Source: Novosphingobium sp.
GTDB lineage: Bacteria; Pseudomonadota; Alphaproteobacteria; Sphingomonadales; Sphingomonadaceae
Direction: 5' to 3'
DNA length: 64,000 bases
Assembly: GCF_049240505.1 (NCBI RefSeq)
Contig: NZ_JBMLSM010000005.1
Coordinates: forward strand, 7,015-71,014
Of the stretch, positions 45,900-55,129 are shown in pieces; the stretch's first letter is position 1; every line of letters starts with the position of its first letter. Position numbers and translations under genes: made by a program. A model generated the notes under the pieces. That model worked only from the letters and a program-made list of their open reading frames with translations. It was not told the origin of the DNA and ran no database searches.

Positions 45900-46673
45900 T
45901 CAGGCAGCGCAGACCTGCTGGATATAGGTCAGAGCTTCTGCTGAAGGCTTTGTCGGCTGCAGTTCCAGCCCGATCGTGCCGCGATAGCCAAGCCGTTCGA
46001 ACATCGCCAAGGCCCCCGGCCAATCGAGTTCGCCCGATCCCGGTTCACCCCTGCCCGGTGCGTCTGCCACCTGAACGTGAACGACCTGGTGCATCGCCGC
46101 TTTCAGTGCGGTTTCGGGATCTTCACCCTCTACCACCGAGTGATAGAGATCGTAGAGTACCTTGACGCGCGGGTGATCGACCATATCGGCCACGACCACG
46201 CTGTCTGCCGTGGTGGAGCATAGCACGCCGGGATGATCGAAGCGGGTGTTTGCGGATTCGAGCAGGATGGTGACATCCAGTTCATCGGCAATCGGCACCA
46301 GCTTGCGCAAGGCATCGGCGAAGATGGCAAGCTGTACCGGGCGCTTCAGCCACGGCACGCCTCGGCCTGAAGTGACTACCACGTTTCTGCAACCCAGTGA
46401 CTTTGCGGCCTGCGCCGCTTCACGGAACACATCGCAAAAGCCTTCGTGCGTAGCGGGATCGACCAGTTGCGTGACATAATCCGCCACGGTGCTGACCAGT
46501 TCGACGCCGTTTTCATCCAGCGCGCGTTTGATCGCTGCCAGATCGCGCCCTTTCAGCAGGAACAGTTCCACCTTGCGGAAACCGGCTGCTGCGGCTGCGG
46601 CGATGCGGTCCTCGATCTTCTCGCCCGCTTCGGTGAAGCCATATTCGAGATTGACGGAAAGGTCATAGGCCAT
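45900..46673 (-). CDS. Hydroxypyruvate-isomerase-like TIM-barrel protein (paralog of 41101-41874)
   Basis: LLESAN and HVQVADAPGRGEPGSGELDW motifs. ATG 46673 is preferred over TTG 46691. Confidence 0.8.
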   Translation of the reverse strand: MAYDLSVNLEYGFTEAGEKIEDRIAAAAAAGFRKVELFLLKGRDLAAIKRALDENGVELVSTVADYVTQLVDPATHEGFCDVFREAAQAAKSLGCRNVVVTSGRGVPWLKRPVQLAIFADALRKLVPIADELDVTILLESANTRFDHPGVLCSTTADSVVVADMVDHPRVKVLYDLYHSVVEGEDPETALKAAMHQVVHVQVADAPGRGEPGSGELDWPGALAMFERLGYRGTIGLELQPTKPSAEALTYIQQVCAA

Positions 46674-46678
46674 CGCGA

Positions 46679-47677
46679 TCAGGCCCCCCAAATGCGGCGG
46701 GCCATCGCCTGATGGCGGCGGACCTGTTCGAAGGCATCGCGCGTGTCATAGGCGTGGCCTTCCCATTCGGAAACCATCGTGCCGGTGAAGCCACCGTCCT
46801 TGAACAGCGGCAGAATCGTTTCGTAATCAATGGCTTCTTCGACCAGATCCTCGCTCACGCCATAGAACTTGCCGTGGATGTGGATGGTGCGATCAACCAG
46901 TGCGGCCCAGCTTTTGGGATCGTGGTTCGAAAGGATGAAGAAGGCCAGGCACGCGGCCTGAATGTGCAGCGGCGCGTGGCCGTGGGCCATGCCCCATTCG
47001 CGCAGGCGACCGGCCTTTTCATGGCTCATGCCATCTTCCAGCCAGACCTCTTTCAGCTTGTCGAGCAGGTCTTCCGATGCACCCTTTGCCCGCGCGGCAT
47101 CGAGCATCGATTCCGGGATGCGGCTGGCGGTGCCGCCGAAATCGGGAATCCAGCCAAGATAGGGCGTGTTCAGCTTGTCATACATTTCGCCATAGGCCTG
47201 CACGGCAGGGTGGCCCGCCCACATCGGCGCGTGGACTTCAACGCCCATGCGGATGTCCAGTTCTTCGGCGTAAGGCGCGATTTCGGGCAGGAGATGCACC
47301 GGCAGCGCAAACTGATAGCGCACGAGCGAAAAGCCCATCTTCTTGGCGGAGCGCAGCTGGCGCTTGTGATATTCGACCAGCGCCGCGTCGTCGATCGGCT
47401 GCTGGCCGGGCTTGAGGAAGCGGTCCGAATTGATCGCGCATGAAACGGGGTTGAGGCCCGTCTCGGCGATCATCTGCTTGAATTTTTCGGCAAAGGCATC
47501 CGAAACGTCGGGGAATTCGCGAAAGTTCTGGAACCCGATGATCTCTATGTTCGGGCCAAGTCCGCGCTTGGCCACTTCGGTAAGCAAGGTGTCGAGTTCG
47601 AACTGGCGAGTCAGAAATTCATTGGTGAAGGAATAGAGCGTAACGCCGACCTGCGGGCCGGTTGAGGTAGTGGCCAT
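46679..47677 (-). CDS. Sugar-phosphate isomerase/epimerase-fold TIM-barrel protein, candidate C-glycoside (3-keto-glycoside) deglycosidase alpha subunit
   Basis: 332 aa with the xylose-isomerase-like TIM-barrel pattern. A 127-aa partner ORF lies directly upstream (15-nt gap) and a GMC oxidase gene lies divergent. The functional call is inference from gene context. Confidence 0.6.
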   Translation of the reverse strand: MATTSTGPQVGVTLYSFTNEFLTRQFELDTLLTEVAKRGLGPNIEIIGFQNFREFPDVSDAFAEKFKQMIAETGLNPVSCAINSDRFLKPGQQPIDDAALVEYHKRQLRSAKKMGFSLVRYQFALPVHLLPEIAPYAEELDIRMGVEVHAPMWAGHPAVQAYGEMYDKLNTPYLGWIPDFGGTASRIPESMLDAARAKGASEDLLDKLKEVWLEDGMSHEKAGRLREWGMAHGHAPLHIQAACLAFFILSNHDPKSWAALVDRTIHIHGKFYGVSEDLVEEAIDYETILPLFKDGGFTGTMVSEWEGHAYDTRDAFEQVRRHQAMARRIWGA

Positions 47678-47692
47678 CGTGGTGATCCTCTC

Positions 47693-48076
47693 TCAGGCAG
47701 CGACGGTAAGCGTGGACGTCTGCGGATTGGTCCGCTTCATGCCGGGGATGTAGGGCGGGCTGACGAAGAGGTTGAGCGAGACTTCGTGATCGCTGCCAAC
47801 GTCCGCGGTGTGCGACGGCAGGATCAGGAACGCCGAATCGCGCACGAACCAGAACGTGTCGACCTTCTCGCCGTTTTCGGAAAGCGGCCACTGCTGCCCA
47901 TCGTATTCGATGCGCGCGTCCGACAAATCCACAGCTTTCCCATCAATTTCCAGCGGTCCGACTTCGACCACCGAGAAGGGCAGCGACCGATACCACGGCA
48001 GGCGCATGGCCAGTTTCAGCCCGCCGCTGGTGGCGGCAAGCCCCTCTTCTCCGATAACCCGTTCGACTGGCAGCAC
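47693..48076 (-). CDS. Small partner protein (127 aa), candidate deglycosidase beta subunit (DUF6379-like)
   Basis: ORF with protein-like composition, including the motif LRLPWYRSLPFSVVE. It lies 15 nt upstream of the TIM-barrel gene. The family assignment is from memory of CarC/DgpC-type subunits and is unverified. Confidence 0.45.
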   Translation of the reverse strand: MLPVERVIGEEGLAATSGGLKLAMRLPWYRSLPFSVVEVGPLEIDGKAVDLSDARIEYDGQQWPLSENGEKVDTFWFVRDSAFLILPSHTADVGSDHEVSLNLFVSPPYIPGMKRTNPQTSTLTVAA

Positions 48077-48202
48077 CGTTGCTCTCCCGCTTTTACAATT
48101 AGAATATGTTTTCTAATCGTGGCTTGACACGCGGTCAAGCGCCCGGCAGATAAAAAACGAACTCTAGTTCTATTTTAATTTCGGGACAGGTGCCAAGGGG
48201 TC

Positions 48203-49822
48203 ATGGCGGAATTCGATTACATCATCGTGGGCGCAGGTTCGGCAGGATGCGTGCTGGCCAACCGGCTCACTGCCGATCCCCGCAATCGCGTGCTGCTGAT
48301 CGAGGATGGGGGCGATAACCAGCACCCGTTCATCAAGATGGCGGGCGGCTTTGTGAAGATCATGGGCAACCCTGAATTCTTCCGCGTGTTCCCGATGGAA
48401 GCGCGTCCGGGAATGCGGCCCGGCATCCATACCTATGGGCGCGGGCTTGGCGGGTCTTCCGCCATCAACGGCACCTGGTATCTCACCGGTATGCCAAAGG
48501 ATTTCGATGGCTGGACGCAGCGCGGGCTGCCGGGCTGGGGCTGGGACGAGATCGCTCGCTGTTACGCCAGGTTCGAATCCTATCGCGAACCCGGCGCGCA
48601 TCCGGGGCGCGGGCGCGATGGCGAATTGCAGGTTACCGCATCGACATATGAATCGCCGGTGTTCGATGCGCTGGCCGCCGGGTTCGGCACGCAAGGGATG
48701 CCCTGGCTGGACGATATCACCACGCCGAACACGCATGGCGTGGGGCGCAGCCAATATACGGTGGATCGCAAGGGCGTGCGCGAAAGCGCCTACAAGGCGT
48801 TCGTCATGCCGATCCTTTCGCGCAGCAACCTCACGATCGCGACGCACACGGCGGTCAGCCAAGTGCTGATCGAAAATGGCCGGGCCACGGGTGTGGTCAC
48901 CGAAGCCCACGGCGAGGAGCGCATCCACACCGCTGCCGCAGAAGTGATCCTGTCGGCGGGCGTCTATGGTTCGCCGCAACTGCTCCAGCTTTCGGGCATT
49001 GGCGCAGGGGCCGATTTGCAGGGGCTGGGGATTCCGGTGGTCAGCGATCTGCCGATGGTGGGACGGCAACTGGCCGATCACACCAAGTTCGGCGTGTCGT
49101 TCGATCTGACCAACCATCCCGGCACCAACCGCGAATTCTTTGGCTGGCGGCTCTATCGCAATGCGATCCAGTATTTCCTGACCGGGACGGGTCACCTCGC
49201 CCGCGTGGGAATGCCGCTGACCGGGCTGATCGCCAGTGAGGGTGAAGACGCCGACTGGCCCGATCTGCAGGTTGCCGCTGCGCCGTTCGCCATGCGCACG
49301 GTAAACGAAATGGCCGCCCGCCCCGGCAGCCCCCTTACCCCCAACCCCGGCCTTACGTTCTCCGGCTACCACCTGCGCCCGCGCAGCCGTGGCAGCGTCC
49401 GGCTGACTTCGCCCCACTTCCGCGATGCGCCCGTGGTCGATCCCGCAATCTGGGCCGATCCCTATGACAAGGCCAAGAGCCTCGAACTCTTCCGCCTGTT
49501 CCGCGCGATTGCTGCGTCGGACCCGTTGAAACCTTTCATCGGCACCGAACGGATGCCCGGACCCGATGTGCAGGACGAAGACGCCATCACTGCCGAACTC
49601 GCCAAGATGGTCGAGGTCGGCCTGCACGGCACCGGCACCTGTTCAATGGGAACCGATCCCGCCACCTCCGTCACCGATGCGCGCGCCCGCGTGCATGGTG
49701 TGGGCGGCTTGCGCGTGGTGGACTGTTCAATCATGCCAACACCGGTTTCAGGCAACACCAATGGCCCCGCAATGGCCGTGGCCGAACGCGCGGCGGAACT
49801 GATTCTCGAAGACCGGCGCTGA
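48203..49822 (+). CDS. GMC-family FAD-dependent oxidoreductase
   Basis: 539 aa. N-terminal FDYIIVGAGSAGCVLANRL Rossmann motif, GGSSAING, and the C-terminal GMC signature with catalytic His (HGTGTCSMG..., NTNGPAMAVAERAA). Confidence 0.9.
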   Translation: MAEFDYIIVGAGSAGCVLANRLTADPRNRVLLIEDGGDNQHPFIKMAGGFVKIMGNPEFFRVFPMEARPGMRPGIHTYGRGLGGSSAINGTWYLTGMPKDFDGWTQRGLPGWGWDEIARCYARFESYREPGAHPGRGRDGELQVTASTYESPVFDALAAGFGTQGMPWLDDITTPNTHGVGRSQYTVDRKGVRESAYKAFVMPILSRSNLTIATHTAVSQVLIENGRATGVVTEAHGEERIHTAAAEVILSAGVYGSPQLLQLSGIGAGADLQGLGIPVVSDLPMVGRQLADHTKFGVSFDLTNHPGTNREFFGWRLYRNAIQYFLTGTGHLARVGMPLTGLIASEGEDADWPDLQVAAAPFAMRTVNEMAARPGSPLTPNPGLTFSGYHLRPRSRGSVRLTSPHFRDAPVVDPAIWADPYDKAKSLELFRLFRAIAASDPLKPFIGTERMPGPDVQDEDAITAELAKMVEVGLHGTGTCSMGTDPATSVTDARARVHGVGGLRVVDCSIMPTPVSGNTNGPAMAVAERAAELILEDRR

Positions 49823-49907
49823 TCACGCCGAACTTGCGTCATCATCGTGAAACGTCAATCCTGCTAGGCGCGCGCATAAAGCCTGCTCGCCTTGAGGATT
49901 GACCACT

Positions 49908-51248
49908 ATGGACCGCCGCACGTTCAACCGCAATCTTGCCGCTACCGCGTTCGGTGGCCTTGCAACGATGCTCGCAGGGTGCGCCGGTGCGGAACGCATG
50001 GCAGATGCGCCATCACGCCGCACGGTTGGCCCGCTGGTGCCCGATCCGGCAGGTATTCTCGATCTGCCGGCAGGATGGCGCTACACCATCATCTCGCGCA
50101 TGGGCGATGCGATGGACGATGGCCATGTGGTGGGTGACAAGGCCGATGGCATGGGCTGTTTTGCCATTGCGCCGGGTAAAGTCGCGCTCGTGCGCAACCA
50201 TGAACTTTCTGCAAAGGATGCCGCACGCGGTCCCTATGCAGACCGAACCGTAGAGCGCACCTTCGATCGCTGGCAAGGTGGCCGCGCCCTGCCCGGCGGC
50301 ACATCCACGCTTGTCTATGACCTCAAGAGCGGGCGCGTGGAGGCCCAATACGCCTCGCTTGCCGGAACCATCCGCAATTGCGCAGGCGGGATTACGCCGT
50401 GGGGCACATGGTTGAGCTGCGAGGAAGATATGTCGCGCGCCGGGGCCAATCTTGGGCTGGATCATGGCTGGGTGTTCGAAGTGCCCGCCAATGGGCGCGG
50501 GTTGGTCGATCCGGTGCCGCTCAAAGGACTTGGCCGTTTCAACCACGAAGCTGCCGCAGTCGATCCTCGAACCGGCATCGTCTATCTGACCGAAGATCGC
50601 GAAGACGGACTGCTCTATCGCTTCGTGCCGTCCAGGCCGGGAGACTTGCGCGCAACCGGCAAACTTCAGGCGCTTGGCTTGTCGACCGGCGCGACAGACA
50701 CCCGCAACAAGCAATCCGTGACCATGACGCGCAAAGAGGCGCTCAAAGTCCGCTGGATCGATCTGGATGGCACCGATTCCGCGAACGACGATTTGCGCCA
50801 GCGTGGACATGCCAAGGGCGCAGCCTTGTTCGCGCGCGGTGAGGGCATCCATTATGGGCAGGACGAGCTGTATTTCGTTTGCACATCGGGCGGAGCGAAG
50901 GGGCTTGGGCAGGTATTCCGCTATCGCCCGTCTACCGAAACGCTGGACCTGTTCTATGAATCTGCCGATCCTGCGGCATTCAACTTTGGTGACAATCTGA
51001 CCATCGCACCGAACGGCGATCTGATCGTGTGCGAGGACCAGTACACCGATATTGTCGACAACCACCTGCGCGGGATTACCCCCGATGGCACGGCTTATGC
51101 CTTTGCGCGCTGCCGACGGCAGACCGAACTGGCCGGCGCCTGTTTTGCTCCCGATGGCAGCACGCTTTTCGTCAATCTCTATAGCCCGGCAATGACCTTG
51201 GCGATCACCGGACCGGGCTGGAGAGCCGATCACTCCTCGCCCGCATAA
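49908..51248 (+). CDS. PhoX-like / DUF839 secreted beta-propeller protein with Tat-type signal
   Basis: MDRRTFNRNLAATAFGGLATMLAGCAG has a twin-arginine plus lipobox-like Cys. LVRNHEL and NCAGGITPWGTWLSCEE are motifs typical of DUF839/PhoX. Confidence 0.75.
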   Translation: MDRRTFNRNLAATAFGGLATMLAGCAGAERMADAPSRRTVGPLVPDPAGILDLPAGWRYTIISRMGDAMDDGHVVGDKADGMGCFAIAPGKVALVRNHELSAKDAARGPYADRTVERTFDRWQGGRALPGGTSTLVYDLKSGRVEAQYASLAGTIRNCAGGITPWGTWLSCEEDMSRAGANLGLDHGWVFEVPANGRGLVDPVPLKGLGRFNHEAAAVDPRTGIVYLTEDREDGLLYRFVPSRPGDLRATGKLQALGLSTGATDTRNKQSVTMTRKEALKVRWIDLDGTDSANDDLRQRGHAKGAALFARGEGIHYGQDELYFVCTSGGAKGLGQVFRYRPSTETLDLFYESADPAAFNFGDNLTIAPNGDLIVCEDQYTDIVDNHLRGITPDGTAYAFARCRRQTELAGACFAPDGSTLFVNLYSPAMTLAITGPGWRADHSSPA

Positions 51249-53011
51249 GGCCCCTTCCCGCCATCCGCGATCAACTGGTCGATGCGCTGGTCGATCACTG
51301 GCAGCGGCACCCCGCCCAGCGCCAGCACGGCATCGTGGAACGCGCGAATGTCGAACTTGCTGCCCAGCGCGGCTTCTGCCTTGCGCCGCGCGTCAAGGAT
51401 GGCAAGCTGGCCCATGTAGTATGACAGCGCCTGCCCCGGCCATGAGATATAGCGGTCCACCTCCGTCTCGATCTCATGATCGGAAAGCGCGGTATTCTCG
51501 CGGAAATAGGCCTGAGCCTGTTCGCGGGTCCAACCCTTGGCGTGGATGCCGGTGTCCACCACCAGCCGCGATGCGCGCCATGCCTGATAACTGAGCATTC
51601 CGAAGCGGTCATAAGGCGTTTCGTACATCCCCATTTCCACGCCCAGCGTCTCGCAATAGAGCGCCCAGCCCTCGCCATAGGCTGACAGATAGGTGTCGCG
51701 ACGGAACTTGGGCAGATCCTTGTTTTCCGCCGCCAGTGGCATCTGGAAGGCATGACCCGGCGCGCTTTCGTGCAGTGTCAGCGCCACTTGTGCATAGAAC
51801 GGGCGCGATGGCAGGTCATAGGTGTTGACGAGATAGACCCCCGTCCCGCCGCGCCCGCTGGTGTAGAACGGCGCAATGTCATCCGGCACCGGCTTTATCG
51901 CAAAGCGGCTGCGCGGCAGGTGGCCGAAGTATTGCGATGCCTTCCCGTCAAACTGCTTGGCGATCCACGCTGCGCGATAAAGCAGCTCTTCCGGTTTCTT
52001 CGGGTAGAACTGCGGATCGGTGCGCAGATGGGTGAGGAAGGCTTTCAGATCGCCTTCGAACTTCACTTCACGCATCACGCCTGCCATCTCGCCACGGATG
52101 CGCGCCATTTCCGACAGGCCGATCTGGTGGATCTGTTCCGGCGTGCGGTCGAGCGTCACGTATTCGCGGATCTTCGATTGGTAATAGGCGCGGCCATCAG
52201 GCAGGTCGGACGCAGCGATGCCGGTGCGCGCCTTGGCAAAGTATTCCTTCTGCAGGAAGGCCAGCAAGCGCTGGTGGGCAGGAGTCACCCCGCCCGCAAT
52301 CGCAGCGCGCGCTTCCTTGCGCAAATCCTCCTGCACTGCTGCCGGAATGGACGCAGGCAGCTTGGCGAAAGGCTGCCAGAACGGCGAACTTTCCGCATCC
52401 TTCGCCCCGGCCACTTGCGCCACCGCCACTTCGCGGCCTTTCAGCGTCACGCGGGGCACGGTGAAACCGCGCTTCAGCCCGGCGCGCATCTGTGCGATCT
52501 GCTGGTCGTAATAGCGCGGCAGTTCGCCCATCACTTTCAGATAGATGCGCGCCGCCTTCTCGTCCTTGAACGGACGGCGCGACTGGTCGATCAGTTCCCC
52601 CCAGAAGCTGCTGTCCGAATTGAACGGCATTTCGTATTCGCGATAGGACTGCGCATTGCGCAGTGCTTCGACCTGCCCCTTGTAAACCGCGTAATCCACG
52701 CGCCGCGCGGGCGATAGCTGATCAACCGGGATGGCCGCCAGATCGCGCAGCACGGCATCCCACTTCGCCAGCCTTGCAGCCTGCGCTACATCGGAAAGGT
52801 CGGGCAAACCTTTCGCGCCCTTCCCCGTTACATCTTCGAACGGGCCCTGCTGGGCTTCTCGCCATTCGTACTCGTCCTTCCATACAGCTTCGAACTGCGC
52901 GTCGGCGGGCGTTGCAGCGAGTGCGGTTGACCCGGCCTCGGCCGCTGATGAAACGCTTGCTCCCAAGGTGGATGCCCCCAGCAACAGGCTAGCCAGAAAA
53001 CCCTTTTGCAT
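51230..53011 (-). CDS. DUF885-family secreted protein (metallopeptidase-like)
   Basis: 593 aa from the ATG at 53011. Signal peptide MQKGFLASLLLGASTLGASVSSAAEA and an LHESAPGHAFQ zinc-motif-like segment characteristic of DUF885. The 3' end overlaps the convergent PhoX-like gene by 19 nt. Confidence 0.8.
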   Translation of the reverse strand: MQKGFLASLLLGASTLGASVSSAAEAGSTALAATPADAQFEAVWKDEYEWREAQQGPFEDVTGKGAKGLPDLSDVAQAARLAKWDAVLRDLAAIPVDQLSPARRVDYAVYKGQVEALRNAQSYREYEMPFNSDSSFWGELIDQSRRPFKDEKAARIYLKVMGELPRYYDQQIAQMRAGLKRGFTVPRVTLKGREVAVAQVAGAKDAESSPFWQPFAKLPASIPAAVQEDLRKEARAAIAGGVTPAHQRLLAFLQKEYFAKARTGIAASDLPDGRAYYQSKIREYVTLDRTPEQIHQIGLSEMARIRGEMAGVMREVKFEGDLKAFLTHLRTDPQFYPKKPEELLYRAAWIAKQFDGKASQYFGHLPRSRFAIKPVPDDIAPFYTSGRGGTGVYLVNTYDLPSRPFYAQVALTLHESAPGHAFQMPLAAENKDLPKFRRDTYLSAYGEGWALYCETLGVEMGMYETPYDRFGMLSYQAWRASRLVVDTGIHAKGWTREQAQAYFRENTALSDHEIETEVDRYISWPGQALSYYMGQLAILDARRKAEAALGSKFDIRAFHDAVLALGGVPLPVIDQRIDQLIADGGKGPYAGEE

Positions 53012-53213
53012 CAGCCGTTTCGTCACGCACAATTCCCTTTTGCAGCGGGCTTTCCAAGCCATATGGCGAGGGGTAATGCGTTTGATGGCGGTCGGCAATC
53101 GGCCATGCCATCATGATACGAAGGGCGCAGCATGAAAGCCGCATCGGGCGCTTCTTGCGAACTGTCACTTTGGCTGGGCGTGCTTCTGCCAAAAGCCGCG
53201 CATATTGCGCAGC

Positions 53214-53978
53214 ATGACACTCACCGGAAACATCGCACTCGTCACCGGCGCTGCCTCATCGGCAGGGCTGGGTTTTGCAACGGCACGCCTGATGGCACAG
53301 CGCGGGGCGCAGGTCTGGCTTACCGATATCGATGGGCAGGCCGTGCAGGCCCGCGCAGCAGAACTGGTGGCAGAGGGCCTCGTTGCTCACGGCATGGGCC
53401 ACGATGTGACCAGCGCCGATGGCTGGCAGGCGGTGATCGCTGCTATCGAGGCAAAGCACGGGGCCGGACCGGACATCCTCGTTAACAATGCCGGCATCGC
53501 GGTGTTGCGCTGGACGCCCGATCTGGAACCCGCCGAATGGCAGCGCCAGATCGATGTGAACCTGACCAGCGTCTACCTTGGCTGCCGCGCGGTGCTGGCC
53601 GGAATGCGTGCGCGCGGGAACGGCGGGGCCATTGTCAACATATCGTCCGTCGCCGGGCTTGTCGGCATTCCCGGCGCTTCGGCCTATGCCGCCAGCAAGG
53701 GCGGCGTGCGCCTCTATACCAAAGCGCTGGCAATGGAATGCGCGCGCGAAGCCATCCGCGTGAATTCTGTCCACCCCGGCGTGATCTGGACCGATATGCA
53801 GCAGGTGGCGATCAAGGATAACCCTGACCAGTACGAGATCATCAATGCCTCGATCCCGGCGGGCAAGATGGGCGAACCCACCGATATTGCCGAAGCCGTG
53901 GCGTTCCTCGCCTCACACGCCGCGCGCTATATCACCGGGACCGAACTGGCCGTGGACGGCGGATTGACCGCACAATGA
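53214..53978 (+). CDS. Short-chain dehydrogenase/reductase (SDR)
   Basis: TGAASSAGLG cofactor motif, NNAG, and the catalytic S...YAASK tetrad. TTG 53205 is an alternative start. Confidence 0.88.
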   Translation: MTLTGNIALVTGAASSAGLGFATARLMAQRGAQVWLTDIDGQAVQARAAELVAEGLVAHGMGHDVTSADGWQAVIAAIEAKHGAGPDILVNNAGIAVLRWTPDLEPAEWQRQIDVNLTSVYLGCRAVLAGMRARGNGGAIVNISSVAGLVGIPGASAYAASKGGVRLYTKALAMECAREAIRVNSVHPGVIWTDMQQVAIKDNPDQYEIINASIPAGKMGEPTDIAEAVAFLASHAARYITGTELAVDGGLTAQ

Positions 53979-55129
53979 CCGTCAGCCCAGCGGCTCCGAA
54001 GCAGGCAACCTCGGCGTGGCTGCCCATCGTCGTCCTCGGCGTCGGCGCGGGGTGCATCTCGGGGTTGCAGCCGCTGCTGCTTGATCTGCTGCTCAAGGCG
54101 GGCAAGCTCGATGTCGCGGCAATGGGCCTTGCCGCCACTGCAGAGGCCGCCGGGATGGCGCTCGCCGTCACGATTGCCGCGCTGTGCCTGCCGCTGCAGA
54201 ACTTGCGCAAATGGGCGCTGCTGGCGCTTTGCGCGATGGCGCTCGCCAATGCCGGAACGATGTTCGGCAGCGGCAGCGCGATCATCGGCTTACGCTTTCT
54301 CAATGGCCTTGGCGCGGGCGTGCTGCTGTGGGTACTGGTCGGAATGCTCTCGCGCTCGGCAGAGCCTGCGCGGCTTTTCGCGATCTACGTCACCGCGCAA
54401 TCTGTGCTTGGCCTGTGCCTTTCGCAGGCAATCAGCGGCCTGATCGCGCCTGCCTTCGGGCACGTCGGAGCCTATGGCCTGTTGCTTGGCCTCAATGCGC
54501 TGATGCTGCTGGCGGTGCCTGCAATGGCCGATGGTTTTGATACCGCCGCTCAAGGATCGCGGGGCCTTCCCGGTCTGCGCGCGATCATCGTGCTGCTGGC
54601 GATGACCGCGTTTCTGGCCGGGATCATGGGCCTGTGGGTCTATTTGCTGCCGTTGCTCGCAAATGCCGGTTTTGCCCCCGCCACTGCCGCCAGCGCGGTG
54701 TCAGTCGGCCTTGCCGCGCAGATCGCGGGCGGGTTGCTGGCTGCACTGCTCGGCGCACGCATAGGTGCGCGGACGGCATGGATCGTCGGCATCGTGCTGG
54801 CCATCGGCGCGATCATGCTGATGAGCGGCAGCGGTTCTGCTGCCGTCATGCTCGCGGGTGCGGGCCTGTTCGGCTTCGTCTGGATATTCGTGCCGCCGTT
54901 CCACATGCCTGCCGTTCTGGCTGTCGATCCATCGGGCCGTGGTGCGATGCTGGTAGGCACCGCGCAGCTCTCCGGCACAGTCGTCGGTCCGCTGGTGGCC
55001 GCGCCTGTTGTTGCTGCGAATGGCGTCTCTGCGCTCTGGCAGCTTTCCGGGGCATGGCTGTGCCTTTCGTTGCTGCTCCTGGCCGCAGCGCAATTTCAAA
55101 AGAACACTGTAGAGAGGATTCCGTCATGA
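53975..55129 (+). CDS. MFS transporter
   Basis: 384 aa with ~12 hydrophobic helices. The start ATG overlaps the SDR stop (ATGA). Confidence 0.75.
   Translation: MTVSPAAPKQATSAWLPIVVLGVGAGCISGLQPLLLDLLLKAGKLDVAAMGLAATAEAAGMALAVTIAALCLPLQNLRKWALLALCAMALANAGTMFGSGSAIIGLRFLNGLGAGVLLWVLVGMLSRSAEPARLFAIYVTAQSVLGLCLSQAISGLIAPAFGHVGAYGLLLGLNALMLLAVPAMADGFDTAAQGSRGLPGLRAIIVLLAMTAFLAGIMGLWVYLLPLLANAGFAPATAASAVSVGLAAQIAGGLLAALLGARIGARTAWIVGIVLAIGAIMLMSGSGSAAVMLAGAGLFGFVWIFVPPFHMPAVLAVDPSGRGAMLVGTAQLSGTVVGPLVAAPVVAANGVSALWQLSGAWLCLSLLLLAAAQFQKNTVERIPS

Noticed and set aside
48570-48580. GGTTCGAATCC, a tRNA T-arm-like motif.
   Set aside because: It lies inside the GMC oxidoreductase CDS (it encodes ..RFESY..). 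No flanking acceptor, D or anticodon stems can be drawn.
54634-55125. 164-aa upstream extension of the Rieske oxygenase ORF in the track. Analogous extensions appear at 12606-12650, 13799-14011, 27410-27550, 28402-28683, 28362-28457, 29917-30027, 40920-41657 and 53012-53098.
   Set aside because: The extensions overlap neighbouring genes or have a basic, low-complexity composition. Internal ATG/GTG starts that give signal peptides, conserved N-termini or ATGA coupling fit better.
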